A DNA stretch of 63,905 nt, the filler included, from Choristocarpus tenellus KU-1152 (taxonomy: Eukaryota > Protista > Phaeophyceae): the NCBI GenBank assembly GCA_964200185.2. It is 12 parts of 12 records of this genome, joined end to end, with 100 filler letters (N's around TTAATTAATTAA, not from the genome) between each part and the next. Parts side by side here need not be neighbours in the genome. Positions count along the whole stretch, not along the records: positions 11,424 to 14,723 come from CAXNAD020020939.1; positions 14,824 to 18,324 come from CAXNAD020019606.1; positions 18,425 to 22,108 come from CAXNAD020018534.1; positions 22,209 to 24,829 come from CAXNAD020026202.1; positions 24,930 to 35,771 come from CAXNAD020002676.1; 7 more parts are not named here. One strand, 5' to 3'. The translations under genes and the position numbers were made by a program. Shown piece by piece: positions 13,340-26,145 of this stretch (position 1 is the first letter of the stretch; each line of letters starts with the position of its first letter). The notes under the pieces are model-generated. The model made no database searches. It was not told the DNA's origin and saw nothing but the letters and a program-made list of their open reading frames with translations.

Positions 13340-13899
13340 AACCGAGAGGACGAGGTTAATGTTGGACAAGTGCAAGACTGCAAGGACCTGGAGAAAAACT
13401 GTAGAGTGATGAGAATCTTAAGAGAGGGGGATCATCACAAAAGTCAAGACATGACAACAAAGAGAGTATTTGATGTGTGGAATCTCTGGTTGAAGAGATG
13501 TCCACTACTTGTGGGATTGATCCCTTGAAAGATTCCATACCTCAAATATTCGTGAGACCCTCCAATGGAATCGAGGATTTCTGACAAGGAAAGCTCAATC
13601 GGCTAAACGGTGTATTGCATACGGTGATAACACATATCAACAACAAACTTTCTTTTCACAGACTGCTGAAAATTCCAACTTGAATACAAATGCATTTTTT
13701 TATTTTTATGCCTTCTGACATTTTGCAGATGTGTCAGGCGGAAACACTGTTCACATGTCAGTATAAGCCCTAAAGAACTAAAATATGTCAGAAATGTGAA
13801 AAACACTAATCTAATTGCTATTTTGCTACTATCTATGTTATACCACTGCCTTCCTGAACCTCCAATCTACCTATTCCTGTGCCTCAGGGTGAAGAGCTA

Positions 13900-14723
13900 G
13901 GGAGGCATCCCAAGAATCCACCAACCCCCCCGTGCCCATCTCCTTGGTGACAGCAACTTAAAGATGATGAAACTTCTAGACAGTGCCACTTGTGTAGTGA
14001 CTGAGACACTTTGGCGCAGTCGGGATTTAACCGCTCCTTTCCTGCTATATCCTGAGTGAAAGTATCTTAGAGGGTACGAGTTTTGCCCTGTTTGTCCGTT
14101 TGGAGCTTGGCTTCCCATGGGTTCTTTTATGACATTTTACCTACTCCAAAACATTTTGGAGTAGCTGAAATTCACACGCTATGAAAAGGTGTATCTGGAA
14201 CAAGGATATTGACACTTCCTAACAAACATAATGGCCGAGATTACATCAAAATCGCAACATTGGATTTTAGCCCCCAAACGGACGCGGCTCTACCCTCTAA
14301 GATACTTTCTCTCTCCTCCAGTTCCTCTCCCCCCCACCATATGTGTAGTCAGCTCATCCAGGAAGCATTCCGCTTGGTCGCTTGGGCGCCCAAAACGTTC
14401 CACCGCGAAGGTGTTGAGGTTATAACTACAAGGATCAAAAGAGCCCTTATAGTGAGCGCACTTTCGTGCCTCAGCTGCAGCAGCAGCTACACCATTGCTG
14501 GCGGATGAGTGTGCAAGATGGGAGGTGGACTGCACTTCTGCAAATGTAACATCAAGCAGAAGGCCTTTGTCCCGGTGGGGGAGCTGTTCCAGCGTCTGCC
14601 AGTGCCCCTGCATGGAAAAACTAGATCCATGCGGAGATTTCTGTCTACCGTGAAGGGGCTGCCGTCCTCCATAGTGCAAGGGATGCCCATTCCCTTGCAT
14701 AATTGACTTAGGCGTTTCACCAT
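13900..14723 (-). mobile_element. Non-LTR retrotransposon (CRE/R2-like) C-terminal restriction-like endonuclease region, interrupted by a MITE
   Basis: Motifs RMDLV, LLLDVT, AAAAAEARKCAHY, FAVERFG, then RLRQSVSVTTQVALSR beyond the MITE; one frameshift. Confidence 0.8.
14054..14313. mobile_element. MITE family A, 4-bp TSD TCCT
   Basis: Perfect inner TIR AAAGTATCTTAGAGGGTA; TCCT at 14050-14053 and 14314-14317. Confidence 0.92.
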
Positions 14724-14823
14724 NNNNNNNNNNNNNNNNNNNNNNNNNNNNNNNNNNNNNNNNNNNNTTAATTAATTAANNNNNNNNNNNNNNNNNNNNN
14801 NNNNNNNNNNNNNNNNNNNNNNN
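14724..14823. other. Artificial contig linker
   Basis: N44-TTAATTAATTAA-N44. Confidence 0.97.
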
Positions 14824-17673
14824 GCATCTTGCAGAGGTTTCCCGCTGCACAAGGCATGGCTTCCACTTTATACCCCTACCAGCAACTTATTGTACTGCTG
14901 TATGGTAGCATGAACCAGGAAGAAGGGCACTTTTCGCGAGAAATTTTTGCACGCGCGCCAAACTCGCGTGAATATCTTCCCGATTCTGTGCCAAATCGCC
15001 CGAATACGAGAATTCCAGTGCAAAATCATATTTTTTGAGCATATCGAAAAAAACGGTACAAAATTGATATAAATTGATTTGGTTCATAATATTTGGCCCA
15101 AAATAGGGTAACCCACTGTACTACTCTACTACTACTATTGTGAAAGTACAGGTTGGATTTTTGTTTTTGAAAATTAAATCTGAATCTGAAATATTAATGA
15201 TGTTATTTATCCCTTTGACATTTTGCTATATGTTAGGGGAGAAACAACGAAACTATGCACATATTGAGAAAAATACTACTCCTCTATTACTATTATTGTG
15301 TGAAGTCTAGGTTGAATTTTGTTTTTTGAAATAACATCTGAAACATGAAATATTAATGATAATGACAATTGACAGTGTTGTGTGTGAAAAATTGTCTTCC
15401 CCCAACCAAACGAATCGTCACCAGTAACGTTTTGGGGAAGGAGAGGAAAACCTTACTGTTTTTTATTATTATGCCTTCTGACATTTTCGAGAGGTGTCAG
15501 AGGAGAAAATGAAATATTTATGTAGGTCTACTTCGAAAAAACATACACAATTGCTGGACCAATTGAACCCAACATAATAAAAATAAAAACAAGGGGTTGG
15601 GATGTTCTCAATGCCACATTCGCATCATTGTTTCTTCAATCGGAAGAATTAGAACTTCTGTTGACATGATACTGTGGCATTAACAAGTTTGAACTCATCC
15701 TTTCTTTGTCTCGCCTAGAAGGTACGAGAATCTGCTGACTACAGTAGTACATAAAAGCTTTCTTACAAAGTTCGGGGTGTACTTGCTCATGTTAAACATT
15801 GAGATACCACTTTATTCGAGAGGTGATGGTCCACATTTATGCTGGTTTAGCTGCTCAGCTTCTGATTTTGTCAAACATTAAGATATTAATGAGTAGGTAG
15901 GTAGAGAAGATACGAGCACATCAGCAAGGTACCTGTGATCTATGCACCATGTATGGATCCCTCTTTGGAGGATTGTGAGATACCCATACATACACCCTGT
16001 TGGGCTACACATGCCCACACTCAATAGGCACCAATGGTGAGGGTGAAGCTCCGTTACATGAAGGTAGTATATCGGCCCAGGAGGAAGAAAGTGGTCGTCT
16101 GCACAGACGCACAGACCCCAACTCCACACACGTCAATGTGGGCACTATGTTACAGCGTGCCCCTCAGAACTCACCTCCACAGGATGCAACTCAAATCCAA
16201 CGACCTTAAAACGTCGCTACGCGGGGGTCCACAGATGATGATCCCGTATAGTGTCAGTAGATTCTTAGCTCAGTCAGTGTCTCACTTTTCGCTCTATCAA
16301 AAGAGGTAAGATTCAAGAACTGAGTGTGTGGTCATCAGCACTCAACCTTTTATTAACTTCATTCACCATTTTTCTACAGCCAAAGAGTTAAATGAAGTCT
16401 GCAAACTGCTATGTAGATACTTCAATCATGAATCTTTATTCTGCAACTTTCAGGAATTGACATCTATTCTGTAAGATTATGTGTAAATTTCAAATCTTAC
16501 TCTGCATCTTCTATCAATTCAAAGTTCCTCTTACATGAATTCTTACGTATGTATACTATTCGCGCATTTTGACACGCAGAAAGAAATTCTCGCGCTATTC
16601 GCCTGTAACAACTAGGCTAGTATTTGCCTTAAAAGGTACGGCAGGTTCCGTAACTGAAGATATTGTTGGGGTGGTGAGGGGGGAAGGGCACCACAGGTTA
16701 CAAGGCCCGAATATTTCTACTTCTTACTATAATCCTACATGAATGTGTGCCTCTTGGCTTGAACGAAATGTTTGACCTAATGACATAGAGGACGAGGGCG
16801 TGAACTAGCCATCATGTGCTTGATCGCATCGTTTTCATTATTGATGTCTGTGATCAGAAGGGGGTTGCAATTCTTTCCGCGCAGAGAGCACTCGGAAAGG
16901 CCGAAGTCTCCCTCCTGTAGGCTCAGATGAGGAACAATGGAATGTTGTCATATGTACACTCGAGGCAGAGTTGTGAGAGGATGTTGAAACCTGATATTTT
17001 CACGTTTTGTGGAGGAGAATCGTGTGAGGCTCGTAACCTGTTGAAACCTGATATTTAATGAACCGTGCTTTCTTGTGTAGTGACAGGTTTGTAGAGAAGG
17101 GGTGTCACAGTGCAGTGAAGCACCAGTGAATTCGTTCCCATGAACCCAGTCACATGCTGTTCACAGTCAGAGGTTATTTGATACAAAGTTGTGGGTATTC
17201 CTTGATACACTCGAAGGAAGAGTGCATGCTCTGAGTATAGGCTTGTCCACCTGTGAAGAAGGGTTTCTGAGGATGTTTCAACTCTGTATATGGTATCCAG
17301 GTGTTATCAGGTGCATTAATGTAAAGTGAGCCTGATGTCTCAAGTGGGGGCAATGCCAACCAGGGGAAAAAAATAACATATGGTATACAACTGGTGATTC
17401 TAATGCGAAGAAAAAAGAAACAATGAAGCAAACTTTAGTCTATATCTGTGATAACTCGTATGGCACATACTATGCTTGTATGTTTGATAGATGGCAATTG
17501 TTCTATGCTTCCAATATACCATAATGTTCTACCAGTGATTGATGATGCTATCATAAGGTGCCTATGATGTAAAGGGGAGAAACGACCAGTATCGACATGC
17601 AAATCAACAGTCAGTATGAACTGGTAATACCGTATCGTATCAAGAACACAAACGATGATTAGCATATATTTTA

Positions 17674-17905
17674 ACAGGGTACGACTATGTACCCCCTTGG
17701 TCCCCTCCTATATTACATGTCAACCTCCAAAGCTCTGCAGCGGGTCCAGTCTATCTTTGGACCCGAGGGGGTCTCCTCCCGAAGTTATCTGGATAACACA
17801 TCCATTTCTACAAGGGATATTAACTGCACCACAATAGCGACTTTTGAGCAACTGAAAACTGATCTACACAAGGTAGGCATCGCCCTCGACATGGACAAGG
17901 CCTTT
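17674..17905 (+). mobile_element. Degenerate non-LTR reverse transcriptase core (CRE-like)
   Basis: Decayed GVRQGDPLGPLL (PLGPLLY) and YLDD-like SYLDN, then LHKVGIALDMDK. Confidence 0.7.
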
Positions 17906-18090
17906 GAGTAAAAGCTTCTTAGAGGGTACAAGTTTTTCCCTGTTTGTCCGTTTGGGGCTTGGTCTCCCACCGTTTTTTTAAGCCATTTTCATATTCCGAA
18001 ATGTTACGGAATTGGTAAAATGTGTACGTTTTTGGAGTAGGTTTCGTGTATAAAAATATGAAAAGGTGTTTTGTTTTGCTCACGAATTTT
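17906..18090. mobile_element. MITE family A, partial
   Basis: GAGTAAAAGCTTCTTAGAGGGTACAAG start; internal match decays. Confidence 0.75.
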
Positions 18091-18147
18091 GGATTATTAT
18101 TATTATTTGTTCATTCCTAATTTGCCATTCCTCTATTCTCTATTTCC

Positions 18148-18324
18148 CATTTGATGGCCAACCATTGCGACTGCCCTTTGTCAATGATTGCCAGCCATCC
18201 CACATTTGATGACCAACCAGTGCAAATGCCCTTCGTCACTGATTGCCAGCCATCTCCATTTGATGACCAACCAGTGCAAATGCCCTTCGTCACTGATTGC
18301 CAGCCATCTCCATTTGATGACCAA
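18148..18324. repeat. 54-bp minisatellite, at least 3.3 units
   Basis: Unit starts CATTTGATG at 18148, 18203, 18257, 18311; runs into linker. Confidence 0.9.
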
Positions 18325-18424
18325 NNNNNNNNNNNNNNNNNNNNNNNNNNNNNNNNNNNNNNNNNNNNTTAATTAATTAANNNNNNNNNNNNNNNNNNNN
18401 NNNNNNNNNNNNNNNNNNNNNNNN
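18325..18424. other. Artificial contig linker
   Basis: N44-TTAATTAATTAA-N44. Confidence 0.97.
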
Positions 18425-20516
18425 GGTGGTGGAGGTTGAGGGGGGCGGGTGACCCCAGGTTGGAATGGAGAGGCTCTTGCGGATAGGGCTGGGTTAAAGG
18501 CTGGAGTGGAAGCACCACCCATCATCCCTACACCCATGCCCCTTGGAGAGACATACGAAGAATGGGGGGCTGGTATGAGGTTGTGAGCCATTACGTCGGA
18601 CACTATGGCCCCACCACCCATGATGTGCTTTATTTTTGGTACCCACCATGAAGGGATTGGACAGGTAGTGTTTTGACATGATGTAGGCAGGGAGTAGAGG
18701 GGAGGGGCTTGAATAAGAACAAACAACCTGTTCAGTATTTCAAACGATGTGTACTAGATATCCTTTTCAAAACAAACATTATGTATTACACACATCTAAA
18801 TTTTTCCAACATATAATGTAACAGAGGTTAGTTTAAACAGTTCTTTAAGTCAGGTTGCTCTGAGAGGGGAGTGGGGGCAGATATTAAAACACACTAAAGC
18901 GGGTGTGAACACACAGCGTTGAAATAATGTTGAAACAGTCACCATTGTTCCAGACTGTCACAGCACCATAAAGAGAACCAACAACAGTGGCACAATCAAG
19001 AGATATCATCGTTGCGGTCTAATGCTTAAGAAAGTGTTGATGGTGTGCATCAAATCATTTACATACTGCTAGCAATGGGTGTCACACTGCTCCACCCTCT
19101 AACAAATCCTTTCTTGTGTATGAAGGTGAGGAATTTTATAAAGTCATTTACACCCTGGGCTAGTGGGAAGTCATCCCAAAAATAACCCTTGTGTGAGATG
19201 CTGAGTCACACACACAGGGGGTCTATATTGGCGCAGGCGGTGACTAATCCAGAAAACTCACTATCGCTATCCGCTAACACATCAACACCATTGGGTGGAT
19301 AGGTATGGCATACAATATTTACTGCTAGAAGAACAATAATAATAATAAAAATAATAATAAGGCTTTCTTGTGTGGTCTACCAGGTGTGCACTAAACTGAA
19401 CTTGGTCTCAAAGGCTGAATGCACACATTACAAATCAAGACAACAAATACTTCGATAATCACCATACCCAGCAGCAGGCAGGGTATCCTGAGTAAAATAT
19501 GGTAATAAGAAAAAGAGATTTCATCACTCCACAATCTATAATTGAGATCAGAAGCCGTATTGCTACAATAGCACAAATCAGTGAACACCTGCAACTATTG
19601 CCAAACTGCCCCCCTTCCCTCGTACCCGAAGTGCAATACTACAACATCTTCATTGCCATAAGACACCTCCTCAATTCTAACTCTTTGAAGCTATTCAGAG
19701 AGACACCAAAAACAAGAACATTTTCAGTTACATTTTAGAACGGTTGAACCAGTACATATTTTGAACAGACTTAGCAGCTCACCATCATGAGATCGAACAC
19801 ACAAGAGTAACCACAACACAATCCTACACTAAAAGAGTGACTTCACTTTTTTCAGAGGGTGCTTCTACCCGTGCGTCCAGAACGCAAATACAAAAAAAAA
19901 AAATGACACTCTATCCCAACCAAAAAAAAAGGTGCACACAAAATATTTCGACATTGGCCAATCACGACCCATTGTATCTGGATGAGAAATAGTTATAATG
20001 TCATCAACACAGAGAAGGACACAACCAAGCAACTAGGCAGCCAAAATTTAAAAAAAGAATTGGAGTTACAACATTGGTACCAAGCATGCATGACCAGAAT
20101 GCACAAGAAAAATTCAACAGGCAGTACTTGGCCAATAGAACCAGTATATGTACCACACTGGTGGTGGAAGGAAAGGTACCCTGTTGTATTCTCACCTTGA
20201 CATATAAAAAAAGAAGCAATGGCATACCCACATCCTTTACTTCAACATGCAGTGCAATATTCTACTCAAGTAACTAGTAGAGCGATATATGTTGTTCAAT
20301 TCAGAGCACACATGCAGACAATACCCCCCCACCCCTAATGCCTTCCATATCAATACCAACAAAAATACTATCAAGTTCCTTCTGAACACACACCTGCTGC
20401 CCCTGGAGTCCATGTGGCCCCAGAATAGGATCATGGCCTGCTCCCTCATGGTGCACAAGGGTGTTATCATGAACATAGTGCTGTTGCTGCTGAGATGCCA
20501 TTGGCATAAGGCTCAG
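18425..20516 (-). CDS. Exons (20516-20394; 18627-<18425) of a low-complexity Q/G/M/P-rich protein with a PAM2-like motif
   Basis: Phase-0 GT-AG compatible exons LSLMPMASQQQQH...GQQ and HIMGGG...NPALSARASPFQPGVTRPPQPPP. Confidence 0.5.
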
Positions 20517-21902
20517 CTGTTCACACCTTTGTCACAACATGTTTGGTTGAGTGGAATGCACCACATTTGGGAGGAAACCGGTAATTAAATCTCAAAACAT
20601 CAGTAGGGGAAAACCTGTTCATTTCTTTGGGTTGAAGTCATACCACCCATTATTTAGGCATGATGTTTACCTCATTTGCCATCGCTTTAGCCTCAACCTT
20701 AACATAATCCTGCATTAACAGCACGAATCACACTACTTACTATAAAAAACAGGCATCATTATGTATATTGAAGCATGGACACATACATCCATACACATAC
20801 ACATACGTACACACAAGCATAAACAAATAAACCAACCAATCACACTCTAGGTGGAATCAACCGCCCAATTAGGACAAAACATCAACATCACACCAGTTGA
20901 AGGGCAGCAAACGTGAATGCTTTGTGCAGATACAATCAACCCATCACATAGCACAAGCGAGCAACAAAGACGACCTAATAGCCCCCAGTCTCATTGCATG
21001 TAACATCTCAACTACTTCCAAATTACGAAAATTGGACTATCATGCAGAACCCACTGCGGTCACATCAGGATTCACGCCTAAAGCTAGATGTTACCATGAG
21101 CTCGGGGCTTGATGATGTTCTCAAATGAACAGACCCTATGAAATGGTAGAGCACTACAGCGCAGAAGTTGTGCACTGAAATCATCAAAGTTCTACCACCA
21201 TGGTTTGAACATACTCCTTAAAATCTCCAACGTCAACTAAAATCACAAAAAAAAAGAACTCTCACCCTATGGTGAAATAGGCGTAACTGCCACTATGATG
21301 GCACTGAACATGTCGATATATTTGTAACTGCTGTTATATTGGGTCTTACAGGGAGATTTTACCCACAAAATAGAACATAGAACACACCAAATCAGATGGT
21401 TTAAAATGAATAATAAAGTAACTCAAACCTTCTGATTGGTCCATACAATGGATCGGAAAGGGAATTATTTCCTTGGTAAGAGAATTGCCCAAGTTACTTC
21501 TTTTAGGCTCCACCACTCCAATATATATATATAGCCATCGATTATAAAGTACAAATCCTGGGTCAGCCTTCTGACTTGTAATTGGCTCCCTCACCCATCC
21601 CTCCTAACCTCAGTAAGATATATTATTATTATTACTCAAATATTTATTAACCGATTGAAAAAGGTTCCTGAAGAGCTCTGACATGTTTTGAATGTTGATA
21701 CAACAGCTATCTCCTGGATCTCAAAAAAAAAAATTACTGCTGGTGGAGATCAAGTTCTGACTTCAAGATGTTAGACCCCATACCAGAAATATTAATGCTT
21801 AAAATCTGACCTAAATTGTCTCATCATGCCACCATTATCAATAATCGGGGTTAAAAATAACCTGATCCCTGCTAAGACCCAGCCTTAGAAAAAAAAAATT
21901 AT

Positions 21903-21916
21903 GGGTCAAAGTATCT

Positions 21917-21948
<32 letters not shown>

Positions 21949-22106
21949 GCTGGCGTCAGTTTTTCACCCTTTTTTCGATATTCACTTTTTTGGTGTGATT
22001 CGGTCGCAAGTGTCGGATTTGAAATGTCAGCAAAAAAAAAACGTTGTTTGACCGAAACAGACGCCCCCTCACAAACCACCCCCACCCCCCCTAGATACTT
22101 TGACCC
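21903..22106. mobile_element. MITE with family B termini and variant interior
   Basis: GGGTCAAAGTATCTGGGG ... CCCCTAGATACTTTGACCC. Confidence 0.85.
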
Positions 22107-22108
22107 TT

Positions 22109-22208
22109 NNNNNNNNNNNNNNNNNNNNNNNNNNNNNNNNNNNNNNNNNNNNTTAATTAATTAANNNNNNNNNNNNNNNNNNNNNNNNNNNNNNNNNNNN
22201 NNNNNNNN
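22109..22208. other. Artificial contig linker
   Basis: N44-TTAATTAATTAA-N44. Confidence 0.97.
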
Positions 22209-22280
22209 CACTTTTCCTGATTTTGGTCCAAATGGACACTCTGGTGTAGACCTCCCCCCCTCTCCCGGATACTTTGGGTC
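22209..22280. mobile_element. MITE family B, terminal fragment
   Basis: tggacactctggtgtagacc ... GGATACTTTGGGTC. Confidence 0.8.
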
Positions 22281-22955
22281 TAATAGGTGGTTGAACTATA
22301 ATTCGCAAGTCATACTCCATGCAGTTTTGGGCATCGTGCTCATTTCAATACCATCACTTCGCATGTCTCTACTCAACGTTTTGATAAGTAACTCAACATA
22401 GTGTATTGTGTTGTCCTACAAACATTATACCTGCTTTCAAACGAATTATCCTCCTTCAATCTTTCTCGTCAGTACCTCGGACAGAAGAGCATGAACATCA
22501 ACCCGTGCTTGACACTTATGACCGAACTTTGACCTTTCAAAAACTCCAGTAGTGTGCATCCGCCTTGAACTTGTTAGCTTGATTACATCAGCAGTCCCAG
22601 CGGGGGCGATGGAGTCTCACTTAAGTTTATTTTTTCGTTGAGAGCCCAACTATTAGCAATTTTTGGAAGGAATGCATGATAATAAATGCCCTCCCAAGAC
22701 TTGTTGATACCTACAATACTACGGTAAATTGAAATATTTGTATTATTAGAGGATTGAAAGGCCGATTATGAGGATCTTGTGGTCAAGCACTTGTTCCCAG
22801 TCTTTATAGTCCCATTTGCGCAGCTGTAGAGCCGTGCGCATTAAAGATGTTGCCCATCTCAACCCTGTGGGTTCCTGTCCCCGAACCATTCCATTTTTAC
22901 TTTATCATCTGTTTCACTTCCTTCACTAATGCCTCCACCAAATTTTATCACGCAG

Positions 22956-23153
22956 ACAAAGGGGAATTCCAACGACAATGGGCTCAAAGCTCAAAATGCT
23001 GAGGTGTGTCCTTCGTGTGGTGAAGCACCTTATGGACTAATGCTCATATGCCGTGGCTGCTCCCTCCAACATCACAGCTCGTGTGCTCCTGAGGGGGAAG
23101 GTTTTGGGAACGGATTTGGGGGAGCTTTCTTCTGCTCCCTCTGCAGCAAGTAA
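22956..23153 (+). CDS. PHD-finger exon
   Basis: Complete C4-H-C3 pattern CPSC...CRGC...HSSC...CSLC after a cag| acceptor. Confidence 0.7.
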   Translation, partial: TKGNSNDNGLKAQNAEVCPSCGEAPYGLMLICRGCSLQHHSSCAPEGEGFGNGFGGAFFCSLCSK

Positions 23154-24682
23154 CACATTCACTTGCAACAGAATAGCCCTTCGAATGGGTACCTGAAAGC
23201 TGAGAGGATGATACATTGCGGAAACAGACAAAAGGGGTTCGCCCCTGGGGCAAGAGGTTGGGACAAATTGATGGATCACTGCGTAACAGTCATATCGGAA
23301 TGGATGAATGAGTAAAGAATGTGGCATGAGACTTTCAAATGCTTTGGGGATGCGACCCGCAAATGATCATGACGAATTTCAGGTGGTCAATGAGGGTGGT
23401 GGCCCTTTTCAGTTGGTTGATAAATTTTGAACTCCCCCACAAATTTGCTCTGACGACGTCTTGGTACCATGGTTATGATGGGGATGTAGAAGCGGACAGA
23501 GACAGAGTAGTTGAACGCTTAAGTAGAAAAGTTTGGATAGAAGAATAACAAAGAGAAATATGCATGCAATATCTCTACTATATAGCCATTGCGAGGGAGC
23601 AGCAACTATTGTTGTACTTAGTGGATTTCCGTGGGTGCAGATTGAGAAGATATAGCGTAGGTTGTTACTCCTGCTGCAACCACAAGATCTACCCCGAAGA
23701 TAGAGCATATTTTTTGAACTTTGCTGCATCCACTATTTTTGTCAGGCACTACCATTAGGTTTTAATATTCATGCCTCGTTAGTCTACCCTTAATGGAGGA
23801 TAGTTTAGCTGTTGGCTGTGAGGAAAGACTATTTGTAGTACACTTTTGAAAGTTATAAATAGTAGTCACGAACCATACACTGTAACTTTTAAACACATAG
23901 AGCTACAGGTACCCTTTACAGAAGCAAGCATGCATTAAAAAGTGTGGTCTCAAGGTCATATAAGCTCCTTTTCCTTCAAGACAACAATATGTAACACTCT
24001 ATTCACAACATAATATCCCCAGGTATACTACATTACTTTACAGAAATAACGTAGCAGTGTATACATTCCTGATGGGCAATAAAAATTTTCATACCACCCG
24101 AAGTGGTGGAAGGTGATGCCCTCCACCGGTACAACATAGCATCAGCTTTAATTGACCCCATCGTAGTATCCATCACACCACACACTCTATCAAATAGCAA
24201 TATTTTTTTTTTTCGAACCTCTAGACAGAGGTTTGATGTCAGGAGACCCATTAATTCACAAACTAAATAATGATCATACCAGTTCTATTCTCACCTAGCC
24301 CACATCCAATACTTTTATCGTGCAGTAGAAACATGCTTAAATAAGGAACTTACTACTGCGGAGTAAATATTTTTCAATGGGTGGGGGTCGTAGGTCATAA
24401 CCTTGTTCATACCTGGTCGCCCTATTTTATCAGAGTTTCCAACACATTGAAGACGGGATTGATATTGTTGAAGTAACGATGATGATCACTCCTCATTAGG
24501 TTGGTTGTATCTGTAGTTAGTCCACTGCTCAGAGTCTGATAGCAATGTAGGGTAGGTAAAGGTTGCCCTCATGGACAAGTGCAGCTCACCTTGTTCCTAT
24601 ACAACTAACCTTCTCAAGAGTGCCGGGGATCATCGCCATCACTTAAAAATGCTATAAAACATACCATCTTGAATAGCATGAT

Positions 24683-24829
24683 GGGTCAAAGTATCTGGGG
24701 GGGTGGCGGCTGTCCGTTCAGGGCCCATTTTTCCATGTCGCGATTTTTGGGTGATTTGGTTGCATGCATCGGATGGATAATGGAAATGCACTTCTTCTGT
24801 TCAGGACCCAAATAGACACCCTGGTGTAC
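24683..24829. mobile_element. MITE family B, cut by contig end
   Basis: GGGTCAAAGTATCTGGGGGG start, interior matches 13159-13339. Confidence 0.85.
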
Positions 24830-24929
24830 NNNNNNNNNNNNNNNNNNNNNNNNNNNNNNNNNNNNNNNNNNNNTTAATTAATTAANNNNNNNNNNNNNNN
24901 NNNNNNNNNNNNNNNNNNNNNNNNNNNNN
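24830..24929. other. Artificial contig linker
   Basis: N44-TTAATTAATTAA-N44. Confidence 0.97.
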
Positions 24930-24962
24930 CTTGTCCCTCACAGACCGTTTGGTCCTACATAC

Positions 24963-26040
24963 CTCTTCCTCTCGGATGGGTGTGTGCACCCCCCGAATGA
25001 CGTCTGTGAGTAGTTCCCCAATTCTCGTCACCATCAACCCTCGATCAAATCCTTCTGCCAGGCGCTTCCTGGCATGTCCTCGCCTGTCTGGCGCATGTGC
25101 TGCCCCCCTAAGATCCACTTCCACGAATCCTTCCAGCACCTCTCCACGACAGTTCTCCTCTTCCTGGTTGCTGCCATGATGGTGGCTCTTTTTCCCCGTC
25201 AATTGCCAAGGCCCTTGCCTTATTGAGTGGGTGAAAGAATCCTCTCTAGTTACCCCAGCATTACCAATGTCCCTTCTACTATTATCGCTTTTGCCTGGCA
25301 AGGATGAAGCCTCAAGGGTGAAGGACAGCATGATGGCTGCTACTGGCACTGTCTCCAAGCGCCACCGGTCACTGAACATACCAGGATCTTCACTTTTGAA
25401 TGAAAAGGTCACAGTCTTTGATACCTCGGGGAGAAGGGTGCCTGATGCCTGCAAAGTGAGAGAGGAGGACATTAAAGAGTTTAGTCTGTCATAGGATGTG
25501 AGGTATTTGATGGGAAACAAGAATTCTTCTGTATACCAGTGAACCTTCTTTGAGCGGAAGAAGACCAACTTTGTTCATTAATATGACTTACTTTGTTGTA
25601 AGGGCAGTCGCCTGCTTCAGAATTTCAGTAGGGTGGTGGATAAACAGTATTTGTCATTGTCATCAAGAACCTTCCTCAAGCTGACGGCGACATTAATTTT
25701 TGGGATGGTTTATGTTGACCTAGACGTCAGTTAGACTGAAAGAGGTTGTAGGGGATCGAACCCATAAAACCCATAATTTCTGAGCTCCTTCTTTATATTG
25801 CTGCGAAGGGCATGAAGGAGTGGGGAAGAGGTGTGCACACTGTGGTGTTATCCTGCAGCTCTTCCTACCTGGTATCATCAAAATTACGCCAATCTTGTGT
25901 GAAATTGTTCCATATGCCGCTTTCATGGCACGGCAAGGCTCCCGTCACTCGTAAAATACCGTGTTTACTTCATGTATAATTGCATACCAGGAGAGAGACG
26001 AGCAGCACAATACTTCTACTATGCAACACCAACCGTGTGG

Positions 26041-26112
<72 letters not shown>

Positions 26113-26113
26113 A

Positions 26114-26145
<32 letters not shown>

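Noticed and set aside
18148-18324. CRISPR array
   Set aside because: Pure tandem units with no unique spacers, no cas genes, eukaryotic context
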